Below are positions 25,691 to 39,110 of a stretch of DNA of 64,000 nt, one piece after another (position 1 is the first letter of the stretch; every line of letters starts with the position of its first letter). The notes under the pieces were generated by a model. The model saw only the letters and a list, made by a program, of their open reading frames with translations. It searched no databases and was not told the origin of the DNA. Origin of the DNA: Macrostomum lignano (lineage: Eukaryota); contig NIVC01001814.1 of assembly GCA_002269645.1 (NCBI GenBank), forward strand, positions 1 to 64,000, in the 5' to 3' direction. The translations under genes and the position numbers were made by a program.

Positions 25691-26600
25691 CTCTCAGCTC
25701 CGATGGGAGGCTGCAGAAAAGAATCGCGCCTAGCCGGCTTCCAACAGGTTTAGCCAGCCCCAGCTCTGTAGTAAGGATTGGAGAGGATTGGTTCCGAGGG
25801 TTTAGCACTCAAGAGGGTCTAGGCAGTGCAGCAGAGCCATACAGTGTAAAGCACAAAGTAATATAATAATTCTCCTCAAAGCAGTCGGCACCAATTCAAC
25901 TTTAGTGCTCAAGTCATCAAGCTATTACATGTACAAACTCAAGGAAATATGATCAAATAGGATTTTAGATTTAGCTAGCAATCAGCGCCCTCCACGTCTG
26001 GGATAATTTTTCTTGAATAAACTACATGTAGCTTCTGACGTCTTAGCCTTGACATCTCAGCAATTACCCCCGTAAGCAGGAATGTTTTTGAATAAACTAC
26101 ATGTATCTTCCCTATTGCTAGTGTTTCAAGGAATTTTTATGTTTAAAGCACAAATAAAGCGTCAGCCCTGCAAGCCAGCATAACCCCAAAATGGACTACT
26201 TAAGTAGACGACGCTTATAAAAGACACTTTAGTAGTCCGTGAACTCTAATTATTACTCTCCTTTTGATGCTCACAGACAATTTCTATAAAAGCATAGATT
26301 ATTACACTGGAAAAAATCGAGATAGAGTCAGTTATTTCTTCTGCAAGTTTACAACACTAATGCATTACATTTTTAGCGACAGAACTTTTTTAGCGAAGCA
26401 CGCTACTGGTAGTAGTATATGCAGGAAAGTGCAGCTATTTAAGTTATTTAAATACCAAAGTACCGGTCCTTAATTTCACATTTTGTTTTTTGTTTGCTAA
26501 ATTGTTACTCCTAGCACTAATTGGTAAATTTTTGAACAGCACTTTATAAAATAAATCAATAAAATAAGAAAAATATTTAATTTAAGCAGCATACACATAT

Positions 26601-26606
26601 TTTATT
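26601..26606 (-). terminator. Candidate polyadenylation signal AATAAA for the Gly/Tyr protein gene
   Basis: About 125 nt after the stop codon, in an AT-rich 3' UTR. Confidence 0.45.
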
Positions 26607-26729
26607 TAGATATAGTTGTACTAACAAAACAAACTTCAAACTACACTCTCCCAACAAAATGCTCACTCCAGAGTTACAACACGGTGGTGAATTTCTTAGA
26701 AAAAAGAAGCCAGATGAGAACAGCCTTCC

Positions 26730-27137
26730 TCAGTACTTGGCCTGATTGCCGTAGCCGTAGTTGTAGTACCGATCGACCACCTGCGGCTTGCCGTGTTTGT
26801 CGTATTCCTCGACCTTGACCTCCTGGTAAGATATTTTGGCCGGCACCTTCTTGATCTTATAGCCGTTTCCATAGCCGTTGCCATATCCGTTGCCATAGCC
26901 GTTGCCATAGCCGCCGTTGCCATAGCCGTTGCCATATCCGTTGCCATAGCCGTTGCCATAGCCGTTGCCATAGCCAGTGCCATAGCCATTGCCATTGCCG
27001 TTTCCATAATCGTTGCCATAGTCGTTGTCATAGTTGCCATACTGACTTCCTCCCTTGTAATCGTCATAATTAACAGGCGCCGCATTCACCAGCCCGAGGC
27101 ACAAGGCCAAGCAGATTGCTACCCGAGCGGTCAACAT
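26730..27137 (-). CDS. Secreted Gly/Tyr/Asn-rich (GYGN)n protein, 135 aa; possible eggshell or structural protein
   Basis: Real ATG, hydrophobic signal peptide ([19 protein letters not shown]), synonymous variation among the GYGN repeats, Lys/Tyr-rich unique C-terminus, upstream TATA and downstream AATAAA. Confidence 0.8.
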   Translation of the reverse strand: MLTARVAICLALCLGLVNAAPVNYDDYKGGSQYGNYDNDYGNDYGNGNGNGYGTGYGNGYGNGYGNGYGNGYGNGGYGNGYGNGYGNGYGNGYKIKKVPAKISYQEVKVEEYDKHGKPQVVDRYYNYGYGNQAKY

Positions 27138-27229
27138 TCTAAACGCAATGTAACGTAAAGATGAAAGGTCTGGCCGTTATGCTGAATACTGAATGTCTAG
27201 TACAGAAAAATTCCAGCAAGATGGGCTCA

Positions 27230-27237
27230 TTTTTATA
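27230..27237 (-). promoter_or_regulatory. TATA box (TATAAAAA) upstream of the Gly/Tyr protein gene
   Basis: About 93 nt upstream of the ATG. Confidence 0.5.
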
Positions 27238-28924
27238 CGTTTTCACTAGCCTAGGCCTTTCAGGCTGAGCAAAACGCGATGACTCACCCAATCCTGCAAA
27301 TTTAATTTGATTTGACTAACTTGGCGCCTAGTACTATAATTAACAAGTGGGGTTGGTTTCGTTAGTTTGAGGCTGTTTAAAAACCTTTCAGCCAATCAGG
27401 GAGTAGGTTTGGCGCAGGGCTAGGGCAGAAGGGGTAAAGGGGGTTAGAAAATGTGTTCAAAACCCCAGACCCTGACCTAGCGCACACCCCATTTTCTCTC
27501 GCCCTTCCAGCCAATCTGGCACTATCTGGTTTAGCCTGGATCGGCTAGAGGTCACTTAGAAGAGGTTAGACCAAGGCTTTTGCAGTATGTCACACTGTTT
27601 AAAATGAAAAAATAAATACTCGTAAATTAGTATATAATTTTGTCCGTAATTGTATAAGAAAAATAGGTAGAACCAGTGCACCTTAACGAGACGATTAAAC
27701 CATACAGTATAGTGAGTTTTAGTCAACCTTTTCCCGTCCCAGAGCTCTCAAGGTTTTTTATTTTGCCAAGTCTGGGTGTGAACCCATCTTTTTAAGATGC
27801 AACTAGCAGGGAAACTGTCTGTCAGCATCCAAAAAGTTAATTATTTCTCGCCTTTTGTATGGTTAGGCAATTTAAATCAAGTAATTATCTCGCCAGTGGA
27901 GGCGCACAGGCTATGTACCTCTTGATCTCTTATCAGATTATAGGCTCTGATGCAATCATTAAAATTGGTTGTGGAGTCTCTCGCTGCGCGCACGTATAAA
28001 CAAATCTGGCTCGGATTAAAACAGTTTTTCGAATAGGTAATCCCTTCAGCAATGAGTCGGAGCTTATTAAAAATATATGTATCGATTCAGGCACATTTGA
28101 CATCTTTTGGTGAAGAAACGGTGAAAATCGGTTGAGCCATTCAGGAGATAATCTGTTACAAACATACAAGATTGTCAAAGAGAATGCCAACTTCAACAGT
28201 TCCCTTCCTCGTTAGCCCAAAGGAAGAGACCTGGAGGGGACGTCTCAACGTTTCTATTCGACTGATCAGACAAGTAATGGATTGCAGTCAGTTTTAACAG
28301 GGCTTAACACCCGGCTTTACAATCGGGTAGCAATTACTGGCCTAATTAGCATTCTCTTCAACGCATTACAGCCTGTCTATATCATAGTCGAAGTGCTGCC
28401 TGACAGCTGCTTAAAATTGCATAGCAAACTCTCAGCAAACAGCGCGGCTACTATTTAGTGAGCGTCTCGGAGCACTCTGTCCAACTCGAGCTTTGATGCT
28501 CGCTCGATCAATAATTAAAAGCACAAACCAAGCGCGCGGCACTCTGATTCTGTCGATAAGAAACGAAGAAAACAAGCTTTTCTCTGTTCGTTTCTTCTTC
28601 AAGTGCGCAACAACAGGGCGTGGGGGTTCATTAACACAGCGGAGTCTCTTTGGCAGCTGCTGCATTTTCAAGCAACCCCTGAAAGAGGGACTAAATGAAG
28701 AACCGGAAAAACTGGAGGGACTGCGCTCATCTGCTTTGAGCGAGCGATCATTGAGCAGACCAATAGTAGTGGGGGCTTATCTTTGTAAGCCCAGTCTTGC
28801 GGACTGTGTAATGTATATAATATCTGGTGCATGTTGCCGGATTTTAAGGTAGTACGAGCTAAAACACATCATTGCCTTTCTTGTGTAAAATGAGAAATCT
28901 GCACTCGGTAAGTTTGAGAAGGGC

Positions 28925-30249
28925 GTAGCGACTGAAGCATCAGAGAGTAGCGACTGAAGCATCAGAGGGTAGCGACTGAAGCATCAGAGAGTAGCGACTG
29001 AAGCATCAGAGAGTAGCGACTGAAGCATCAGAGGGTAGCGACTGAAGCATCAGAGAGTAGCGACTGAAGCATCAGAGAGTAGCGACTGAAGCATCAGAGA
29101 GTAGCGACTGAAGCATCAGAGAGTAGCGACTGAAGCATCAGAGAGTAGCGACTGAAGCATCAGAGAGTAGCGACTGAAGCATCAGAGAGTAGCGACTGAA
29201 GCATCAGAGAGTAGCGACTGAAGCATCAGAGAGTAGCGACTGAAGCATCAGAGAGTAGCGACTGAAGCATCAGAGAGTAGCGACTGAAGCATCAGAGAGT
29301 AGCAACTGAAGCATTAGAGAGTAGCGACTGAAGCATCAGAGAGTAGCGACTGAAGCATCAGAGAGTAGCGACTGAAGCATCAGAGAGTAGCGACTGAAGC
29401 ATCAGAGAGTAGCGACTGAAGCACCAGAGAGTAGCGACTGAAGCATCAGAGAGTAGCGACTGAAGCATCAGAGAGTAGCGACTGAAGCATCAGAGAGTAG
29501 CGACTGAAGCATCAGAGAGTAGCGACTGAAGCATCAGAGAGTAGCGACTGAAGCATCAGAGGGTAGCAACTGAAGCATCAGAGGGTAACAACTGAAGCAT
29601 CAGAGGGTAGCGACTGAAGCATCAGAGAGTAGCGACTGAAGCATCAGAGAGTAGCGACTGAAGCATCAGAGAGTAGCGACTGAAGCATCAGAGAGTAGCA
29701 ACTGAAGCATCAGAGGGTAACAACTGAAGCATCAGAGGGTAGCGACTGAAGCATCAGAGAGTAGCGACTGAAGCATCAGAGAGTAGCGACTGAAGCATCA
29801 GAGAGTAGCGACTGAAGCATCAGAGAGTAGCGACTGAAGCATCAGAGAGTAGCAACTGAAGCATCAGAGGGTAACAACTGAAGCATCAGAGGGTAGCGAC
29901 TGAAGCATCAGAGGGTAGCGACTGAAGCATCAGAGGGTAGCGACTGAAGCATCAGAGGGTAGCGACTGAAGCATCAGAGTAGCGACTGAAGCACCAGAGG
30001 GTAGCAACTGAAGCATCAGAGTAGCAACTGAAGCATCAGAGTAGCAACTGAAGCATCAGAGGGTAGCGACTGAAGAATCAGAGGGTAGCAACTGAAGCAT
30101 CAGAGGGTAGTGACTGAAGCACCAGAGAGTAGCGACTGAAGCATCAGAGATTAGCAACTGAAGCATCAGAGTAGCGACTGAAGCACCAGAGGGTAGCAAC
30201 TGAAGCATCAGAGTAGCGACTGAAGCATCAGAGGGTGGCGACTGAAGAA
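28925..30249. repeat. 22-bp tandem satellite (GTAGCGACTGAAGCATCAGAGA)n, ~60 copies
   Basis: Period measured from 28925 to 28947. Confidence 0.97.
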
Positions 30250-30823
30250 CCGGTAGGGGAGAGTAGAACCCACTAACTAACCACAAGCTCTGTTGATCAA
30301 TCATAATTTTTCATTGCTAAAAAATCAAAAAGGGCTTTTGGCATCATGCACTGTCCCAAGGTTTCTATAGAACATAATTCAATATTCATTTCCATATAGG
30401 CTATTGAGCGGTCTCAATGATAATGCAAAGCAGTAAGCTTTTCTACCGGGCCGTCAGCTCTATAACTTTATTTATGATTGGCATTAAATCCACCATATAT
30501 AGTTCGCTCGTAACCCGCCGCTCTTAGTGGTACTTTATGTTATTGAGCTCCATCTGGGAAAACGAGGTGCATAGAGTGGCATGGATGCCAGCCAGGGCTT
30601 GAAGCGCTTGTGCATTAATTCTACGTGGAAATTTGTTTGCACAACTAAAACGAAATATTTTGAATTGAGTTTGCATTTGCTCAGAAATTCTCTGATAGAA
30701 ATACGAGTACTACCCAATGCAACACTTGCAGGCATCGTTCGCTTGACTTAAGCTTAATTCATCTTTTTGGGAAGCATATGTATTGTAGAAATGGGATTTC
30801 TGGTCTCGTAGGAGGACCTTACA

Positions 30824-31083
30824 GAGGTGGTAGCGGTAGCTGTCACTGCAAGACCGGAGGTGGTAGCGGTAGCTGTCACTGCAAGACCGGAGGTGGTAGC
30901 GGTAGCTGTCACTGCAGGACCGGAGGTGGTAGCGGTAGCTGTCACTGCAGGACCGGAGGTGGTAGCGGTAGCTGTCACTGCAGGACCGGAGGTGGTAGCG
31001 GTAGCTGTCACTGCAGAACCAGAGGTGGTAGCGGTAGCTGTCACTGCAGAACCAGAGGTGGTAGCGGTAGCTGTCACTGCAGT
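30824..31083. repeat. 33-bp tandem repeat, ~8 copies, just upstream of the receptor ATG
   Basis: 11-aa periodic ORFs. Confidence 0.92.
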
Positions 31084-31136
31084 AGGTAAAGAAGTCCGTA
31101 AAAGGCAATCCATCCTTTCTGGACCCTCCACAGAGC

Positions 31137-33369
31137 ATGTTCCCAGCAGTGCTCCTCCAGGTGCTCCTAACGGTTGCTCCGGTGGCAGCCAACCTGACGC
31201 ACGTCTCAAACATTCTTGACGGCCTTCTGAGCAACTACGACAGGCGCGCCAGGCCTCTGTTGGACTCCGACCAGCCGCTGGAGATCCGCATCAGCGTCAA
31301 CATCCGCAGCATGGGCCCGGTGTCCGACAAGGATATGGCCATCTCGCTGGACTGCTACTTCCGCCAGCTGTGGACAGACAAGCGACTCGCCTTCAGCTTG
31401 AACGACACCGGCTTTGAGTCGTTTCAATTGAACGAGAAATTTCTGAACGAAATCTGGCGACCGGACACATTCTTTCTCAATGGGCATGCGTCCTACCTGC
31501 ACAACATCACTTCGCCAAACGTTCTGATTCGGATCAAGCACACCGGGGAGATTCTGTACTCAATGCGGCTGACAATAAAGGTGACAATTTTCTCGAAAAT
31601 CTTTATCTCTTTAATAGTACGTAATAATTTAATCATAGTTGATTACACCTGCCCCAATAGAGCCAGGTGTGCAACCGATAGCTCAGCTGCAGCGATTGCG
31701 CGGCGCTGCGTACGGCTGTTTGGAGTCCAAGGACTGTTGGGGGTCGCCACACACATCTTCAATTAGCCATTTTACACTCTTGGTGAACTGAAGCAATGCA
31801 GAGTGAAGTGTCTTGCTCAAGGACACAAGTTGTTCCAGTGGGATCGGGAAACGAACCCCCGACCTTAAAGTCGTGAGTCCGACGCTCTAACCACTAGGCT
31901 AGAACCCTCTCCTTATAGAACAAGCGGTTTATCAATCAAGTGGAAGCTTCTCATGATCCATCAGGGTTGGTAAACTTTTGAGAATTTTGTGTTTTGCTTT
32001 CTGCACGTAACAGTTGCCCCCCCACCCGAATGTGTCCGGAACAACCGAAACCGAAACAGGCCCGTTGTCCAATGGACTTCAGCAACTACCCCATGGACAG
32101 GCAGCGCTGCCCGTTGCGCATCGGCAGCCACGGCTACCCGCTGACAGAGATTCGCTACGCCTGGCGACCCGGCCAGAGCCGCATCGAGACCGCGGCCAGC
32201 CTCATGATGGCCCAGTTCGACTTGGTGGCCTCGCCGGCCGGGTCCGGGCAGCAGCGGCTGGCCCGCCGAGGCATTCACTCCGTGCTAGCCGTTGACTTTG
32301 TGCTGAAAAGGCACATCGGTTTCTTTCTAATTCAGCTGTACTTTCCCTGCGCTCTGCTGGTGGTGCTGTCCTGGTAAGACCCGTTAGATACTGCTGGATA
32401 CTGTTGAATACTGTTGGATACTGTTGAATGCTGTTGGATACTGTTGGATGCTGTTAGATACTGTTGGATACTGTTGGATACTGTTGGATACTGTTGGATG
32501 CTGTTGGATGCTGTTGGATACTGCTGGATGCTGTTAGATACTGTTGGATACTGTTGGATACTGTTGGATGCTGTTGGATGCTGTTGGATACTGTTGGATA
32601 CTGTTGGATACTGTTGGATGCTGTTGGATGCTGTTGGATACTGTTGGATGCTGTTGGATACCGTTGGATAATGTTGGATGCTGTTGGATACTGTTGGATG
32701 CTGTTGGATACTGTTCGATACTGTTGGATACCGTTTTTGCTGTTAGTTTAGCGCATCAGCCCTCTTAATTCAATCTGATCTCATTCAAACTCCACCAGGG
32801 TGAGCTTCTGGCTGAACCGGGAGGCCACTGCGGACCGGGTGGCTCTCTGCATCATGACGGTGCTGAGCATGGCCTTCCTGTTCATGGACTGCCGCTCCGA
32901 CCTGCCCCGCGTGGGCTACTCCACGGCGCTGGATTGGTACGTAGCGCTCTGCTTCACCTTCGTGCTGAGCACACTGCTCCAGTTCGCTGTGGTGCACCAC
33001 TTCACCAAGCACGGCACTGGTGAAGTCTACCTGAGCATGGACTCCGACGCTTCCAGTAGCGACAGCGGCAGCGTCGACGAAGTCGGCCAAGTTAGTAGCG
33101 CCGCGATGTCGACTGAGCCGCGGGAGCTTCGACGGCGACGCCTCGGCCGATGCTTGCGCGATGCGGCGAGCTGCTTGCGCGGCAGTCGGCGCTGGCGCCA
33201 TTCCGGCCGGCGCCCGGCGGCCTGGCGCAACTCCGTCAGCGAAGTGGACCGGGCCGCCCGTCTGCTATTCCCGCTGGCCTTCGGGCTGCTCAACTGCGCC
33301 TACTGGGCCATCTACCTGCGAGGCTACTGGGCGGATGCGGGTGCTGGGGTCCTGCCCGGAGACTTTTGA
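31137..33369 (+). CDS. Cys-loop ligand-gated ion channel subunit, GABA-A alpha/GRD-like; join(31137..31580,32060..32373,32799..33369), ~442 aa
   Basis: Signal peptide, YDRRARP, IWRPDTFF, Cys-loop CPMDFSNYPMDRQRC, TM1-TM4. GT-AG introns with consistent phases (0, 2). TM2 region NREATADRVAL resembles insect GRD. Confidence 0.93.
31767..31901 (-). mobile_element. tRNA-derived SINE with CORE-like body, in receptor intron 1
   Basis: Minus strand shows A box TAGCCTAGTGG and B box GGTTCGTTTCC, then GTGTCCTTGAGCAAGACACTTCACTCT resembling the CORE domain. No tRNA 3' acceptor stem. Confidence 0.75.
32383..32730. repeat. 10-bp repeat (CTGTTGGAT[A/G])n in receptor intron 2
   Basis: Direct reading. Confidence 0.92.
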
Positions 33370-33382
33370 CACGGTTGAGCTC

Positions 33383-33575
33383 AGATGCAGGGAGGTGTCC
33401 GGTTTCCGTGAGATGCAGGGAGGTGTCCGGTTTCCGTGAGATGCAGGGAGGTGTCCGGTTTCCGTGAGATGCAGTGAGGTGTCCGGTTTCCGTGAGATGC
33501 AGGGAGGTGTCCAGTTTCCGTGAGATGCAGTGAGGTGTCCGGTTTCCGTGAGATGCAGTGAGGTGTCTGGTTTCC
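33383..33575. repeat. 28-bp tandem repeat (AGATGCAGGGAGGTGTCCGGTTTCCGTG)n
   Basis: Period measured from 33383 to 33411. Confidence 0.9.
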
Positions 33576-33584
33576 CTGATTTGC

Positions 33585-35460
33585 AGGGATCTATCAGACT
33601 GAGATGCAGGGATCTATCAGATTAAGATGCAGGGATCTATCAGATTGAGATGCAGGGATCTATCAGATTGAGATGCAGGGATCTATCAGACTGAGATGCA
33701 GGGATCTATCAGACTGAGATGCAGGGATCTATCAGACTGAGATGCAGGGATCTATTGATATCAGATTGGGATGCAGGGATTTATTGCATCAGATTGAGAT
33801 GCAGTGATGTGTTCCTTATTACCAGACCTTTTCTGTAATCAAGGAACAATCACTTCTAGCTCTTTAGCTAGGCAACCCAGTAATCAAATGAAGGTATCTT
33901 TTACCTTGTGTCCGGTTGAGTCGATCTCTTCCTTGCGTAGTTCTCGCGAGTGGTCCTTTGAAGTTTGCCGATTAACTTCGCTTCGCTCCAGGAGCCTGGT
34001 CAGGTAAGTCTTCTTCGTTTCTCGCCGGCCGGTATCTGTCACGTAGACCAATGGGAAGCTTCCAATTAACAATGGGATCCCTGCGCCGAACTGCGGTATC
34101 GTATAAGCCTACTCCTTCTAGCAGTGCCTTAACGCACTTTAGGTATAGCTCCGCAAACCACTGTCTTCTAAGATCTATCAGGGGCAGTCCTTCTGGAGAC
34201 TGCAACCAATGGAGTCTCAATAGACTCAAGAGTCTCAACAGACTCAAACTAAACACAAATGAGACGTCTCAAACACAGGCGCAAATGAGTAAGGCTTACC
34301 GCAAGAACACGACGAGTCTTCTGTAGGAAGTCCTGTAGTGGCTTCCTCTTCGGAGCTCTTCTCCTTCCGGAGGATTTCTTGGCTCCGGGTCCGCTTCGGA
34401 CCACTTGTATTTATAGGCAAATGAACCTCTCTCGAGGTCGTCCATCACTTTTTCGTAAATGTCAAAGGGTCACGATTCGGTGGCTGTCAAGCATGACAGG
34501 GTAGAAAGTTGCGCAACTAGTCTACTGTAAAAGCGCATGATTGGTTACCGTAGCTGGTAGACTTTGATTGGTTCATCCGGGTGCAACCCGGGTGCAAACC
34601 AAATGATGACTTGAAGGTGGGGTTTGAATTGACAGTTGTGGGTCGCACGTGATTGGGTGATTTCTAAAATTAGCATGCTCGAGATTTCTCTCTTCTTATT
34701 GGTTGATCAAATTATATGTATGGTTTAGTGCATATCTTTATACATGCTACTTGTCTTACTACTACATAAGTAGTACGTTAACAATTTCATGGATTTTTTG
34801 TAAGAGAGGCTGAATAGAGGCTGAATAGAGGCTGAATAGAGGCTGAATAGAGGCTGAATAGAGGCTGAATAGAGGCTGAATAGAGGCTGAAGACTCTACA
34901 GCAGGGATCTATCAGACTGAGATAGAGGGATTTATTGTATCAGACTGAGATGCAGGGATCTATTAGACTGAGATGTAGGGATCTATTAGACTGAGATTCA
35001 GGGATCTATCCGACTGAGATGCAATGATCTATCAGATGGAAATGCAGGGATCTATTAGACTGAGATGTAGGGATCTATTAGACTGAGATTCAGGGATCTA
35101 TTAGACTGAGATGTAGGGGTCTATTAGACTGAGATTCAGGGATCTATCAGACTGAGATGCAATGATCTGTCAGATTGAAATGCAGGGATCTATCAGACTG
35201 AGATGCAGGGATCTGTCAGATTGAAATGCAGGGATCTATCAGACTGAGATGCAGGGATCTATCAGACTGAGATGCAGGGATCTATCAGACTGAGATGCAG
35301 GGATCTATCAGACAGAGATGCAGGGATCTATCAGACTGAGATGCAGGGATCTATTAGACTGAGATGTAGGGATCTATCAGACTGAGATGCAGGGATCTAT
35401 CAGACTGAGATGTAGGGATCTATCAGACTGAGATGCAGGGATCTATCAGATTGAGATGTA
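33585..35460. repeat. 23-bp satellite (GAGATGCAGGGATCTATCAGACT)n in two blocks (33585-33805, 34900-35460), interrupted by ~1.1 kb of unique DNA and an 11-bp repeat (GAGGCTGAATA)n at 34806-34890
   Basis: The same unit lies on both sides of the interruption. Confidence 0.85.
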
Positions 35461-35909
35461 GGTTTTGCGGCCCCAATGGTTCAAAATCCCTTATGCACTC
35501 GCGAGAGCAACATACTGATTGGTACGCAGCAGTTCAAAAATATGCCACATGCCTACTGAGAAACACTGCGCATGCCATCTGGTAAAAATTTAATCTAATA
35601 GCTTTAATCTACTCTGTTTTTGAGAGCCCCCATCCCCAACGACGCCTCTCTGCCTCTCTTACCTGTATCCCCTTGTGCCCCCAGTGCATCAAATATATTA
35701 AAATCGGCAATACTGCCTTGCTTTCACGCTCTTATTGTTCGGATGAAAATCACTACCCAACCATTGTCTCGCTGCTCTTGAAAATCGGATTATTCATTTT
35801 TCTTCTTACGTTGTTCTGACTGCCAATTTATTTACTGATAAAAGCGGAATAAAATCCGGGAATTGAGCAGCTCGATTGTTTTAATTTTCTTTTTGCCAAC
35901 TCGCGAAGA

Positions 35910-38476
<2,567 letters not shown>

Positions 38477-38477
38477 T

Positions 38478-39110
38478 GGGGGGTCAGCTGGGGCTGGGGA
38501 TTTGGGGTCAGATGGGGCTGGGGATTTGGGGTCAGCTGGGGCTGGGGATTTGGGGTCAGATGGGGCTGGGGATTTGGGGTCAGATGGGGCTGGGGATTTG
38601 GGGTCAGCTGGGGCTGGGGATTTGGGGTCAGATGGGGCTGGGGATTTGGGGTCAGATGGGGCTGGGGATTTGGGGTCAGCTGGGGCTGGGGATTTGGGGT
38701 CAGCCGGGGCTGGGGAAGGGGTCAGCTGGGGCTGGGGATTTGGGGTCAGCTGGGGCTGGGGATTTGGGGTCAGCTGGGGCTGGGGATTTGGGGTCAGCTG
38801 GGGCTGGGGATTTGGGGTCAGCTGGGGCTGGGGATTTGGGGTCAGCTGGGGCTGGGGAGGGGGGTCAGCTGGGGCTGGGGATTTGGGGTCAGCTGGGGCT
38901 GGGGAGGGGGGTCAGCTGAGGTGGGGATGGGGGATCAGCTGGGGCAGGGAAGGGGGGTCAGCTGAGGTGGGGATGGGGGATCAGCTGGTGCTGGGATGGG
39001 GGTCAGCTGGGGCTGGGGTGGGGGTCAGCTGGAGCTGGGGATGGGGGTCAGCTGTGGCTCAGCTGGGGCTGGAGGTGGGGGTCAGTTGGGGCTGGGGATG
39101 GGTCAGCTGT
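38478..39110. repeat. 24-bp G-rich tandem repeat (GGGGTCAG[A/C]TGGGGCTGGGGATTT)n, degenerating 3'
   Basis: 8-aa periodic ORFs. Confidence 0.92.

Noticed and set aside
30754-31234. Repeat-rich ORFs upstream of the receptor as an extended N-terminus
   Set aside because: They derive from the 33-bp minisatellite; the ATG at 31137 directly starts a signal peptide.
31767-31901. Functional tRNA gene
   Set aside because: The cloverleaf acceptor stem is incomplete and the sequence continues into a SINE body.
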